Positions 29,902 through 38,921 of a DNA stretch of 64,000 bases are shown here, piece by piece. Made by a program: the position numbers and the translations under genes. Origin of the DNA: an uncultured Verrucomicrobiae bacterium (lineage in GTDB: Bacteria; Verrucomicrobiota; Verrucomicrobiia; Limisphaerales; Palsa-1400); NCBI GenBank assembly GCA_963764165.1, contig CAVXRD010000001.1, positions 1,024,001 to 1,088,000 on the forward strand. The letters are read 5' to 3'. Each line of letters opens with the position of its first letter. The stretch's first letter is position 1. Under the pieces are notes generated by a model, which did no database searches, had not been told where the DNA came from, and saw only the letters and a program-made list of their open reading frames with translations.

Positions 29902-30309
29902 TTGGATATGGACGACATGAGAATCAAAGTTTTATTTTCGCTCGCTCTTTCAACGATGGTGGTGCTTGGCTCCGGATGCGTCAGCCATCCGGACGGACAC
30001 AGCTCCCCTGGCGTCCCGGTAACCAAAGACACGATCCCCAGCAAGTATGAAAAACCTCTCTCCGCCGTCGTCAATGCCACGCGCGAGGTCCTTCAGCGCA
30101 ACGGCAAATTGCTTGTCGACAACGTGGTTGACCATACCTTTCAGGCCAAGGTGAATCAGAAAAACGTCTGGGTGAAAGTGAAGGATTTGGACGGCAAGAT
30201 CACTGAAGTGGACGTTCAAGCCCGAGGCGCGATGGCGGGAGATATTGAGCTCGCGGCCGAGCTTTCCAAGCAAATTGGAATGTTGCTGGTCGTTCAGACG
30301 ACTCAATAA
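29902..30309 (+). CDS. Lipoprotein, DUF3568-like
   Basis: Lipobox LGSGC; short alpha/beta domain ending ITEVDVQAR...GDIELA. Confidence 0.65.
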   Translation: MDMDDMRIKVLFSLALSTMVVLGSGCVSHPDGHSSPGVPVTKDTIPSKYEKPLSAVVNATREVLQRNGKLLVDNVVDHTFQAKVNQKNVWVKVKDLDGKITEVDVQARGAMAGDIELAAELSKQIGMLLVVQTTQ

Positions 30310-30555
30310 TCGCCGGCGTTTATTACATTCCGCGGCAACGGCACGCCGGCTGGAAACCAGCCGATACGGGCGAGGGAATTTTTCACATCACTTCGGTTTT
30401 TCCTCCGTCGCGCGGCGGCAAGCATCCACATTCAAAGGCAAGTGAGGCCGCTGCCTTGCTTTTCTTCGTGCCCGCTGCGCCCTTGTTGTTCAAACGTGTT
30501 TTTCACAACAAAGACACGAAGGACGCGAAGAAATTTGCCTCACATCTGGCCACGC

Positions 30556-30753
30556 TTATTCCACGTGGAAGCATCCCTGGGCTTTCTTGCTTTGAGTCTC
30601 GGTCGCCTTTTTCAAACATGCGGGGCAAAGGCAATCGATGCCCGCCTCGACCCTGCGCAACGCAGGCAGGCTGGCGCACCAACAATCCGCAGAGTTGAGG
30701 CATTCAAACCGCTCTCCGCAGCGTGGACAGATTTTTTCTTTCGACTGGCTCAT
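30556..30753 (-). CDS. Cysteine-rich CWC family protein
   Basis: CPRCGERFEC....CWC.......CLCPACL. Confidence 0.8.
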   Translation of the reverse strand: MSQSKEKICPRCGERFECLNSADCWCASLPALRRVEAGIDCLCPACLKKATETQSKKAQGCFHVE

Positions 30754-30828
30754 CGTGCCCTTCCATTTCGCACGCGCCCGGACGCCTCGGCCCGCCTTCG
30801 CTCAAGCTTCGGCGCGGCAAACAACGCG

Positions 30829-32949
30829 TTACCTTGGCGACTTGTAGTCTTTGATTTCCTTTTCCAAGGCTGCGGCAAGCGTCTCCATTTGTCCATTCCT
30901 GGCCAAGGCGAGCGCCTTTTGCGCGACTTCGGCGGCACGATTGAAATCCCCGTTTCCAGCGTGGGAAATGGCGAGCGAGCGCAGGACATTGGGATTGCGT
31001 TCGCCGCTCAATTTCGCCGCTTGCTGAAAACACGCAACCGCCTCCGCCCAGCGATTCTGCGCCTGAAACCCCTGGCCGATGCTCGCCCATTGCATCAGCG
31101 GATCGGGAGGAAGCGCGGTGGTCGCGGCAAAGCATTGCAGCGCGCCTTCGGCATCGCCTGCCAATAACAAGGCTCGCCCAAGATTGTTTCGCGCGCCGGT
31201 GTCGTTTGGATCCAGTTCCACGGCGGTGCGGAAATGAACGGCGGCTTCGGCGTCATTGCCCGTTTTCAGAAGCCGATTTCCCAAATTGAAATGCGCAGTC
31301 TCGTCCCCTGGCTGAAGCTCGACCGCTTTTCTATACTCGGCGATGGCGCCGGCGTCGTCGCCTTTGATGCCGAGGGCTTTTCCGAGATTGTTGTGATAAT
31401 CGGAGTTATTCGGTGCGATTTCAGACGCTTCGCGAAATTGGGCGATGGCCGCATCCACCTGATGACGCGCGAGCATGACGTTTCCGATATTAGCGTGCGT
31501 GTCGGCAAATTTCGGCTCAACCTTGAGGGCGCGCTCGAACAGGGCCAGCGCATTGGCCGTATCCCCTTTCATGCCGTAAACGTTGCCCAGAGCGTTCATG
31601 GTGCGAAAATTCTCCGGCTCGGCATCGAGAGCCTTTTGATATTCCGCAATCGCGCCATCAAGATTTCCGCCAAGCCGAAGCAAATCGGCAAAATTCTGGT
31701 GGGCGATGTAGTTGTCCGGAATAATGGCAAGCGTATGCGTCCAAAGCGCCTTCCCATCGCGCCAGCAGGCCGTTTGGCCATGCGCGCAAATTGAGAGCGT
31801 CATTACTACACCCGCCGTTATCGCGGCGGAGGCAATCTTTGGAATCCGCCAGCGTTCAACCAGGTCCGCCACGCCCCACGTCACGGCGAGGGCCAAACCA
31901 ATTCCCGGCAAGTAAGTGTAGCGATCCGCGCGCGAATAATACGAAATCTGCACCAACCCGCTGACGGGCACGAGCATGCCTAGAAACCAGAGCCATCCCA
32001 CAGCGAGCGCCGGCGATTTCTTTCGCCCCGCGAACACGAGGCATGTGGTTCCGGCCAGAAACGCGGCGCATGACGCCACTCGGGCGATTGGGATTCCGTG
32101 GACGGGGAACGGATACGGGTTGGCCAGATGATATGGGAAAAATGTTTGCCTCACGTAAATCGCATAAGAAACAATCCCGCTCTCAAGACGCAGCGAGAGC
32201 GGGTAAAGATTCGCCCCTTCCACCTTTTCCGAAACCAACGCGGTCGCGATGCATGAGCCGGCCGAAAGCAGAAAAAGCGGAATCTTCTCCGTCACAACTT
32301 TCCGCCCAAGCCGCCACCGCTGGAGCGGCCACCAGTCGAGCAGCAGCAGCACGAACGGCAGCGTGACAATCATATTTTTCGACAGCAGCCCCAGCGCGAA
32401 GACCGCCAGCATGAAAACGTATCGCCCCGCCGATGGCTGCCGGATGTGGCGAACATAGGCCCAAAGAGTCAAAACGAAAAACAGGCCGCTCAAGACGTCC
32501 TTGCGCTCGGAAATCCAGGCAACGGATTCCACCCGCAGCGGATGAAACGCAAACAGCGCCGCCACGATGGCGCTTCGCCAGACAAAACCCGTCATCGTTC
32601 GGAAAAGCAGAAACAGGAGCACGGTGGTGGCGGCATGGAGCGTCACATTTACGAGATGCGGCCCTCCGGCGGCGGTGCCGAAAAATTGGCAGTCAACCAT
32701 ATGGCTGATCCATGTCAGCGGATGCCAGTGGCCGATTTCGCCATACGTGAAAGCCCATTTTATTCCCTCCCAGGTGATTCCCTTTTGCACAACTGCATTC
32801 TCGTAGACGTATTTATTGTCGTCGTAATTGACGAATAAAAACTTTCCCGTCTGGCTGTAGATTGCAAAGACGCCGAGCGCCAAAAAGAAACAAATCGCGA
32901 CGACGGTGGAACTCTGAGAATCGTCGGTTGGTGGTTTTCTTGGAGCCAT
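30829..32949 (-). CDS. TMTC-like membrane protein (GT-C-like N-terminus) with C-terminal TPR repeats
   Basis: FVNYDD, WHPLTWISH, HPLRVESVAWISERKDVL, ADRYTYLP, then multiple TPRs. Confidence 0.88.
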   Translation of the reverse strand: MAPRKPPTDDSQSSTVVAICFFLALGVFAIYSQTGKFLFVNYDDNKYVYENAVVQKGITWEGIKWAFTYGEIGHWHPLTWISHMVDCQFFGTAAGGPHLVNVTLHAATTVLLFLLFRTMTGFVWRSAIVAALFAFHPLRVESVAWISERKDVLSGLFFVLTLWAYVRHIRQPSAGRYVFMLAVFALGLLSKNMIVTLPFVLLLLDWWPLQRWRLGRKVVTEKIPLFLLSAGSCIATALVSEKVEGANLYPLSLRLESGIVSYAIYVRQTFFPYHLANPYPFPVHGIPIARVASCAAFLAGTTCLVFAGRKKSPALAVGWLWFLGMLVPVSGLVQISYYSRADRYTYLPGIGLALAVTWGVADLVERWRIPKIASAAITAGVVMTLSICAHGQTACWRDGKALWTHTLAIIPDNYIAHQNFADLLRLGGNLDGAIAEYQKALDAEPENFRTMNALGNVYGMKGDTANALALFERALKVEPKFADTHANIGNVMLARHQVDAAIAQFREASEIAPNNSDYHNNLGKALGIKGDDAGAIAEYRKAVELQPGDETAHFNLGNRLLKTGNDAEAAVHFRTAVELDPNDTGARNNLGRALLLAGDAEGALQCFAATTALPPDPLMQWASIGQGFQAQNRWAEAVACFQQAAKLSGERNPNVLRSLAISHAGNGDFNRAAEVAQKALALARNGQMETLAAALEKEIKDYKSPR

Positions 32950-32982
32950 GAAGAATTATATGGGGCTCGACGGAGTCTCGCC

Positions 32983-34071
32983 CTACCGGGATTTTTGAGG
33001 TGGATTTTCTCGGTAGACGAATGGCGCGCGGGCGCTGGCTTGGGCAGACTCAACGAAGGCCGTCAGCTTGGAACGGTAAGGCGACAAACCGCACGCAGGG
33101 TCGGTTGCCGCGGCATCGCCTGTCAACAACGCAGCCTGGCAGCGGCAGCCGCCAAAATCCACTTCGCGCATGTCGCATTTTGAGCACGGTTCCGGCATCC
33201 AATCCGTTCCGCGAAACCGATTGAAGGCGGGCGATTCATTCCAAATCCATTGCAGCGAATGATCGCGGACATTGTCGAATTTCAGTTCTTTGATTTCCCC
33301 TGCGGTCGGGCACGGCAGGACATCACCCACGGGATTGACAGTGAGATACCGGCTGCCCCAGCCGTTCATGCAAGGCTTCGGGCGGTCGCTGTAATAATCG
33401 GGCGCAACAAACAAAATTCGCATCCGCCCTTCCAAACGCTTCCGTTCGCGGGCCGTGACTTCCACAGCGGCGGCAATTTGCTCGCGCGTCGGCAGCAGCG
33501 CGCCGCGATTAAGAAATCCCCAGCCGTCGTACTGCACGTTGGCAAGTTCCAGCCGTTCGGCTTCCAGCGACTCCGCCAGGGCAATGATTTGCGGCAGGCG
33601 CTCGATGTTGCCGCGATGAATCACGACATTCACGGTAAGCGGAAATCCCGCCGCGCGCGCCATTCGGGCCGCCGCGATTTTTACCTTATGCAGAGAGGTT
33701 CCGGCGATTTCGTTGGCCAGTGTTTCCTCATCAGCTTGAAAACTGATTTGAACACTGTCCAAACCCGCGGATTTCAAACGTTCGAGGCGCGACTCGCTCA
33801 GTCCGGCGGCGCTGGTAATCAAATTTGTGTAAAGCCCGGCCTCGCGCGCCGCGGAAATTAGCTCCGCCAAGTCGGGCCGTTGCAATGGTTCGCCGCCTGA
33901 AATTCCCGCGTGCAGCGCGCCCAATTCCGCCGCTTCCCGGAAAACACGCTGCCACTCCGCCGTTTCGAGTTCGCGGCCATTCGGATATTTTGTTGGATTC
34001 GAGCAATAAGGGCAATGCAGCGGACAGCGGTGCGTCAGCTCGGCCAGCAATAGGAATGGTCGCGGCGTCAT
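32983..34071 (-). CDS. pqqE: Radical SAM/SPASM PqqA peptide cyclase
   Basis: LLAELTHRCPLHCPYCSNP, PKPCMNGWG, FNRFRGTDWMPEPC, DFGGCRCQA. Confidence 0.96.
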   Translation of the reverse strand: MTPRPFLLLAELTHRCPLHCPYCSNPTKYPNGRELETAEWQRVFREAAELGALHAGISGGEPLQRPDLAELISAAREAGLYTNLITSAAGLSESRLERLKSAGLDSVQISFQADEETLANEIAGTSLHKVKIAAARMARAAGFPLTVNVVIHRGNIERLPQIIALAESLEAERLELANVQYDGWGFLNRGALLPTREQIAAAVEVTARERKRLEGRMRILFVAPDYYSDRPKPCMNGWGSRYLTVNPVGDVLPCPTAGEIKELKFDNVRDHSLQWIWNESPAFNRFRGTDWMPEPCSKCDMREVDFGGCRCQAALLTGDAAATDPACGLSPYRSKLTAFVESAQASARAPFVYRENPPQKSR

Positions 34072-34072
34072 G

Positions 34073-34360
34073 TCAAAAAGAAATCAACATTTCTCCCCGC
34101 AGGTGCGACAAACATTCCACGATGTCCGAGGCAATGGCCTCCGCTTCGCAATCGTATTCCTCGCTCAGCGCTTCCGAGATTTCCGCGATGGTCGCCGCGC
34201 CGTCGCAGCGCGAAAGGATCTCGTGCGTCGATTCGTCCAGCGGCAGCACGCCTTCGGGATAGAGCAGCAGCGATTCGCCGGTCAGCGGATCGGGCCGCAT
34301 GCGGACGCCCCGTGCGAGTGCCGGACGCGAGCCGGACGTTATGGGTTCGAGCGGCGGCAT
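34073..34360 (-). CDS. pqqD: PqqA-binding chaperone (RRE)
   Basis: RP.LARGVRMR.D....LLLYPEG...EIL.RCDG; start reassigned to 34360; lies between pqqC and pqqE. Confidence 0.9.
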   Translation of the reverse strand: MPPLEPITSGSRPALARGVRMRPDPLTGESLLLYPEGVLPLDESTHEILSRCDGAATIAEISEALSEEYDCEAEAIASDIVECLSHLRGEMLISF

Positions 34361-35043
34361 GAAAGATCGATGGCGTCGAGCATCGCCCAGAGAAGGTCGC
34401 ATTTGAATTGCAAGGCGCGGAGGGCGGCCTCTTGCATTTCGCGCGAGGCGCAATATTTCAAGGTAAGCTCCAGGCCTTCGCGGGAATCGCGCGGGGCCTG
34501 TCCAAGGCGGTTGGCGAAATAATCGAGCCCTTCCGGCTTCACCCATTTGTAGTATTGACGGAAGGCAGCCAGCCGCGTCGCCATCAAATCCGGCGCGAAA
34601 AGTTCCGTCAGCGATGAAGCGACGGCGATGGGCCAGGGTTCGCGCCGCGTGAAGTTGACATAGGCATCCACCGCAAATCGAACGCCCGGGACGACAAGTT
34701 CCTGCGCGATCATCTTCTCGCGGCCAAGCCCGGCGGCCATTCCGAGCCTCAGCCACGCTTCAATGCCTCCCTCGTTGTCGCCGATTCCGTCGTGGTCTGT
34801 GATGCGATGAAGCCACAGGCGGCGCACTTCCCGATTTGGGCAGTTGGACAGGATCGCGGCGTCCTTGATCGGAATATTGACCTGGTAATAAAAGCGATTG
34901 GCAATCCATATTTTGATTTCGTCGCGGTTGAGTTTGCCCTCATTCATCCGCAGGTGGAACGGATGCTTGCTGTGATAAGACGAGCCGCCGATGGCGCGAA
35001 GTTTCGCCGCAAAGGCGGCTGGTTTCCAAGTGGTCTGGGTCAT
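34339..35043 (-). CDS. pqqC: Pyrroloquinoline-quinone synthase
   Basis: YHSKHPFH, NRFYYQVNIPIKDAAIL, RITDHDG, FAVDAYV, SSLTELFAP, FKCDLLWAMLDA. Confidence 0.97.
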   Translation of the reverse strand: MTQTTWKPAAFAAKLRAIGGSSYHSKHPFHLRMNEGKLNRDEIKIWIANRFYYQVNIPIKDAAILSNCPNREVRRLWLHRITDHDGIGDNEGGIEAWLRLGMAAGLGREKMIAQELVVPGVRFAVDAYVNFTRREPWPIAVASSLTELFAPDLMATRLAAFRQYYKWVKPEGLDYFANRLGQAPRDSREGLELTLKYCASREMQEAALRALQFKCDLLWAMLDAIDLSCRRSNP

Positions 35044-35951
35044 ATATCAAACATCATCCCGTCCGCGCCCACTGTCACGCCGGCGGCTTCGACCGTTTTT
35101 CTTTCCACCGAATTGGCATCAAAGATCGGATTTGTATTGTTGATGTGAATATAGACACGATGGCGCGCCGAAAGGCCACTTAAATAAGGCAGGGTGCCGT
35201 CGGAGATTGGCAAATGGGACATGCCGCGAGCAGTGGCCGCCTCGGGCTTGTAGTGCTGCAATTCGCCGTCGGACCAAAATGTGCCATCCACGAAAACGGC
35301 GTCGGACGACTCCGCCCCTCCGCGAAATTCCGCGGTTAATTCGCCCAGCCCGGGTGCGATAAGCGCTTTGCCGCCCGTGCGCGGATCGAGAAATTGATAG
35401 GCGACCGTGTGTGTTCCATGGGAAACCATGCCAGCATAGCGGGGCGCTTTGCCGGTGAGCGGAATGGCCCGAACTTGGAGATGGCTAAGTTTTCCGCCGA
35501 TTCCTTTAAGTGGGATGAATGGGGCAAATGGGTCTAATGGGATCTCCTGCCATTCGACACCGCCGAAGGCTCCCAAAACCTGGTCCACGCCCAGCATTGA
35601 GGCCGAGGCACGAATAGCCGGCGGCGCGTAGATTCGCATGGCACCCCCTTCGCGAAGTGAAATCAATCCGAGAACATGATCGACATCGGCGCTGGTCAGA
35701 AGAATCGCCGCGAGGGGCGTTTGACGGGGAGATTCTGACGCCGGCGCAAGGCATGAATAAGACCGCAACTGCGTTGCGATATCTGGCGATGCATTCACCA
35801 GAAACCAATTGCCAGCGCCATCACCAACAGCAATAGAAGACTGAGTCTGCGGCGATACCGCGCCCAAACGCGCCCGATAACAATTCGGGCAACTGCAATT
35901 CCACTGTGGCAGTCCACCGCCTGCGGCGACACCTAACAGCAGAACACGAAT
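35040..35951 (-). CDS. pqqB: PQQ biosynthesis protein B (MBL-fold hydroxylase), probable ATT start
   Basis: The frame extends upstream of the called ORF to (I)RVLLLGVAAGGGLPQWNCSCPNC; also NASPD, DGTFW, HINNTNP. GAGGAGG is followed by CTC ATT ATT, with no ATG/GTG/TTG before the conserved N-terminus. Confidence 0.92.
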   Translation of the reverse strand: MRVLLLGVAAGGGLPQWNCSCPNCYRARLGAVSPQTQSSIAVGDGAGNWFLVNASPDIATQLRSYSCLAPASESPRQTPLAAILLTSADVDHVLGLISLREGGAMRIYAPPAIRASASMLGVDQVLGAFGGVEWQEIPLDPFAPFIPLKGIGGKLSHLQVRAIPLTGKAPRYAGMVSHGTHTVAYQFLDPRTGGKALIAPGLGELTAEFRGGAESSDAVFVDGTFWSDGELQHYKPEAATARGMSHLPISDGTLPYLSGLSARHRVYIHINNTNPIFDANSVERKTVEAAGVTVGADGMMFDI

Positions 35952-35978
35952 AATGAGCCTCCTCTGGGGAAGCGGAAG

Positions 35979-36074
35979 TTATTCCGCCCCCACGTAAGCC
36001 GTGCATTCACAGCAAAGCTGAACCGCTTTGACTGAGGGCTTCTTCCATTGCTTGCGAGCTTTGATAGTTTTCAT
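35979..36074 (-). CDS. pqqA: PQQ precursor peptide (31 aa)
   Basis: MKTIKARKQWKKPSVKAVQLCCECTAYVGAE*: W-K-K-P leader and E-x-x-x-Y core, directly upstream of pqqB. Confidence 0.9.
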   Translation of the reverse strand: MKTIKARKQWKKPSVKAVQLCCECTAYVGAE

Positions 36075-36354
36075 AATAAATGCCTACGGAAAGAACTGTG
36101 GCAAATTCCACAGAAAAGTCAAGCCACTGATTATTGCGGCTTTGGCGCGGTGTGCTGGACAAAATTCTTCACGAAAAGAGCGGCAGCGCCATCCCGCCGC
36201 TGAACCAGCCCGTCAGAGGCGGGACGCCTTTGCCACTCTTAACGAGCACGGCGTCAAAAGAATTTTGTCCTTACCCTTTGGCGCGCGGGCATGCGACAGA
36301 ATTCTTCAGAAAACCTCCCGCGCTCTGAGGACGTGCGGCAATGAGTCTCGCCAA

Positions 36355-37011
36355 TCAGAGATCGTTGGCGTCATCGCTTTGTCCATTTCGCCTTCTTTGC
36401 GCGGCGAATTCATCGGCAAACGCTCTTAGCGTAATCGAAATTCGGCGCCCAGTATGGCGGGCTGAGGCAGGCACTTCATGAGTGAACCGCAAGTTGGTAT
36501 CCCAAGGCATCACAAACACAGTTCCGTGTCGCGCCGGAAAGTCTATCGGAAGCCCCTTCAACTTCGCAGGCCAGGGACGCAACCGGAACGTCCGCTCGTC
36601 TCCGAGGGAGATAGTCACAATCGGAGCGCCGGGAATAAGATTTTTTGTGCTGTCTCGATGGCGGCCAATGTAATGACCGAGCGTTCCGTCATACCAATTG
36701 AGCAACAGTCCATTTAACCGTCTGTCGATGGTCTCTTGTGACCAGGCGAGAAACGCATTCAGAAGGAGAGGTATTGATTCTCCACGATTGACCTGTCCAC
36801 TATATTGATAATCGACACCGTATGCTTGCTGCCATCGCGGCGTCTTTACCAGGCGTCCGTGCATTTTGATCTCGTGAAAATGGTTCGGGTGCAATTGCCA
36901 AATGATTTCAAAATCAACGGTTGCCTGAAGCCTCTCCGGCAATCGACCTATTCGAAAGTCGCTGACGTCGTCCAAGCGGCAACAATCGAATTGTTCAGAA
37001 GCCTCTTGCAT
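36355..37011 (-). CDS. AlkB-family 2OG-Fe(II) dioxygenase
   Basis: TPRWQQAYG, LLNWY, HRD (HxD), HEVP, RISITLR. Confidence 0.9.
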   Translation of the reverse strand: MQEASEQFDCCRLDDVSDFRIGRLPERLQATVDFEIIWQLHPNHFHEIKMHGRLVKTPRWQQAYGVDYQYSGQVNRGESIPLLLNAFLAWSQETIDRRLNGLLLNWYDGTLGHYIGRHRDSTKNLIPGAPIVTISLGDERTFRLRPWPAKLKGLPIDFPARHGTVFVMPWDTNLRFTHEVPASARHTGRRISITLRAFADEFAAQRRRNGQSDDANDL

Positions 37012-37023
37012 TGCGGTATTAGT

Positions 37024-38811
37024 CTAGCCTGATATCGCTCGTCGGCGATATCCAATGGCGAGAATTAAAAGGGGGGCGAGGAAGGAAATCCCCAACACCG
37101 CCGAGAAAAACCATGGGCCTCTCATTAACGGAATAACATGGGACTCCAACCATTCTGCGGCGCGGAAGAACCATGTGGCAGTAATGAATTCGACGGAGGC
37201 AGGATTGTTCGCATTGCGTGCGATGGCTTGGCCGCCGACAGCGAAATGATGCGCGCACGCCAGGCCCCCTTTCGCCGCCTGCCATCCAAGCGCCGCGCCG
37301 CCAAAGGCCAGCCAGCCCACCGCGAGGCCGCCCATGGCCCACACACCCAGAGCCGCCCCGCCCCACGCGATGGGGCCAATGGCTAAACCACCCAGCGACG
37401 CCACGCCGATGGCGGCGCCTCCAACACTAACAACCCCCGCGCTTGCGCCACCGAGCGCCATGATCCCGAGACTCACTCCCCCGAGGGCCACTCCTCCCAC
37501 AGCCACATTGCCGCACGCGAACAAGATGCCATAGGCTCGATCACCGAACGCGAACCATCCCTTCGCCACCGGGCCCGCGGAGACCGAACACCCAGACATC
37601 GTGGCGCTCTTAACCAGGGATCCGTGACGGGAGCTGAACGCGATATCAATGAGCGGGAGTCCAAACAGGGACAGGCGACTGCGCCATTGGCGCCCTTCCC
37701 ATTGAGCGGCCCAACCGGATAAACGGCGCATGGCAGGAGGTTCAGGCAGTTGCGCGGTACCAGCCGCCAGTTCTTCAATTTGAATTCGCTGGAGAGTGTG
37801 CGCGACTCGAAGTGACCAGGCCAGCGTCAGCCCTACGTAGCTAAAAATCCATACGGCGAGTGAGATTCCATAAGCAGCCGGATGCCTGGCGGCAAGATGG
37901 AAACGCGAAGCCCCGAGCGCAGCCAAGCCGCCCAAAAACACGAGGGTCGTGAGGCCGAGAAAAATGAAACGCTTCAGCAGCATGTCGCGTTGCCGCTGGT
38001 AACGTGAAGTTTGCCAGCTTGCCCAGCCTCCAACGGCGCCGCCGAGAATCCCGCCCAGTCCGCCGAGAAGCCCTCCCCACGCACCCACTCCCAGCAATGT
38101 CTTGGCCACAGGCACGGCGATCTTGCCGCCGGCAACACCGAGGCTCGCGGCCTTTGCGGAAGAAACAGCAACCGCTGGCAACGCTGCCATCACCGCCAGG
38201 GTAAACGCCTTGCCTGGGGTCGTTCGCTCCAGCGTGACCTCGACAAATGCCATTACCTGCTCCTGCAACAACTTGCGCCCTCTCGACAAGCGCTGTCTCA
38301 CCAAATCTTCGCCGAGGTCCAAATCGCGCGCGACGCATTCAACGGACTTCTGTCGGCGATAAAAAAGAACCAGCGGTTCACGATAAATTTCGGGAATCTG
38401 CTCGATTGAGCGCCAGAGAATCGCCTCTTCTTCGCGCCTAATGGCCCCTTCGGAAGGCAGAGGTTCGGGCCCGGGTTTGTCATGCGCATTTTCCAATGGT
38501 TCCGCGGCATGACTCGGCTCGCGAACCTGGCGGCGAAAAACATCCTGAATGCGATGCCGGGCGATGCTGCACAGCCACGCGCGCAATTTGGCCGGTTCGC
38601 GCAGGTCCCGCAGCGTTCTCCAGGCGGCGAGAAAAGTTTCCTGCGCCAAATCTTCGCTTTGGCTGACACTGCCAGTTGCGTTATAAGCCAGCGAGCAAAC
38701 GAGCGATTGGTAACGCTCGACAATTTGTCCAAATGCTTCGCGGTCGCCAGCGACGCTCCGGGCGACAAGATCGACATCGGTGACTTCCGCGCCTGACATT
38801 GATTTATCCAT
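37024..38811 (-). CDS. ECF sigma factor fused to TM helices and a Gly-rich C-terminal domain
   Basis: AFGQIVERYQ, EDLAQETFLAAW, AWLCSIAR, YREPLVLFY, RQRLSRGRKLL; then TMs and GxxAxG repeats. Confidence 0.88.
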   Translation of the reverse strand: MDKSMSGAEVTDVDLVARSVAGDREAFGQIVERYQSLVCSLAYNATGSVSQSEDLAQETFLAAWRTLRDLREPAKLRAWLCSIARHRIQDVFRRQVREPSHAAEPLENAHDKPGPEPLPSEGAIRREEEAILWRSIEQIPEIYREPLVLFYRRQKSVECVARDLDLGEDLVRQRLSRGRKLLQEQVMAFVEVTLERTTPGKAFTLAVMAALPAVAVSSAKAASLGVAGGKIAVPVAKTLLGVGAWGGLLGGLGGILGGAVGGWASWQTSRYQRQRDMLLKRFIFLGLTTLVFLGGLAALGASRFHLAARHPAAYGISLAVWIFSYVGLTLAWSLRVAHTLQRIQIEELAAGTAQLPEPPAMRRLSGWAAQWEGRQWRSRLSLFGLPLIDIAFSSRHGSLVKSATMSGCSVSAGPVAKGWFAFGDRAYGILFACGNVAVGGVALGGVSLGIMALGGASAGVVSVGGAAIGVASLGGLAIGPIAWGGAALGVWAMGGLAVGWLAFGGAALGWQAAKGGLACAHHFAVGGQAIARNANNPASVEFITATWFFRAAEWLESHVIPLMRGPWFFSAVLGISFLAPLLILAIGYRRRAISG

Positions 38812-38921
38812 TATCATATGTGCAGTAGGCGCAAACGGTCGGAAAAGGTGACAGGAATTTTGGCATTGAGCGCGGCAAAGCCCAGTTGTTGATGCGGAGT
38901 CGATGTGTTCCCGCACGTCCG

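Noticed and set aside
32983..36074. Cluster as a novel RiPP or mycofactocin rather than PQQ
   Set aside because: PqqB, C, D and E signature motifs and gene order are canonical; only the precursor is atypical.
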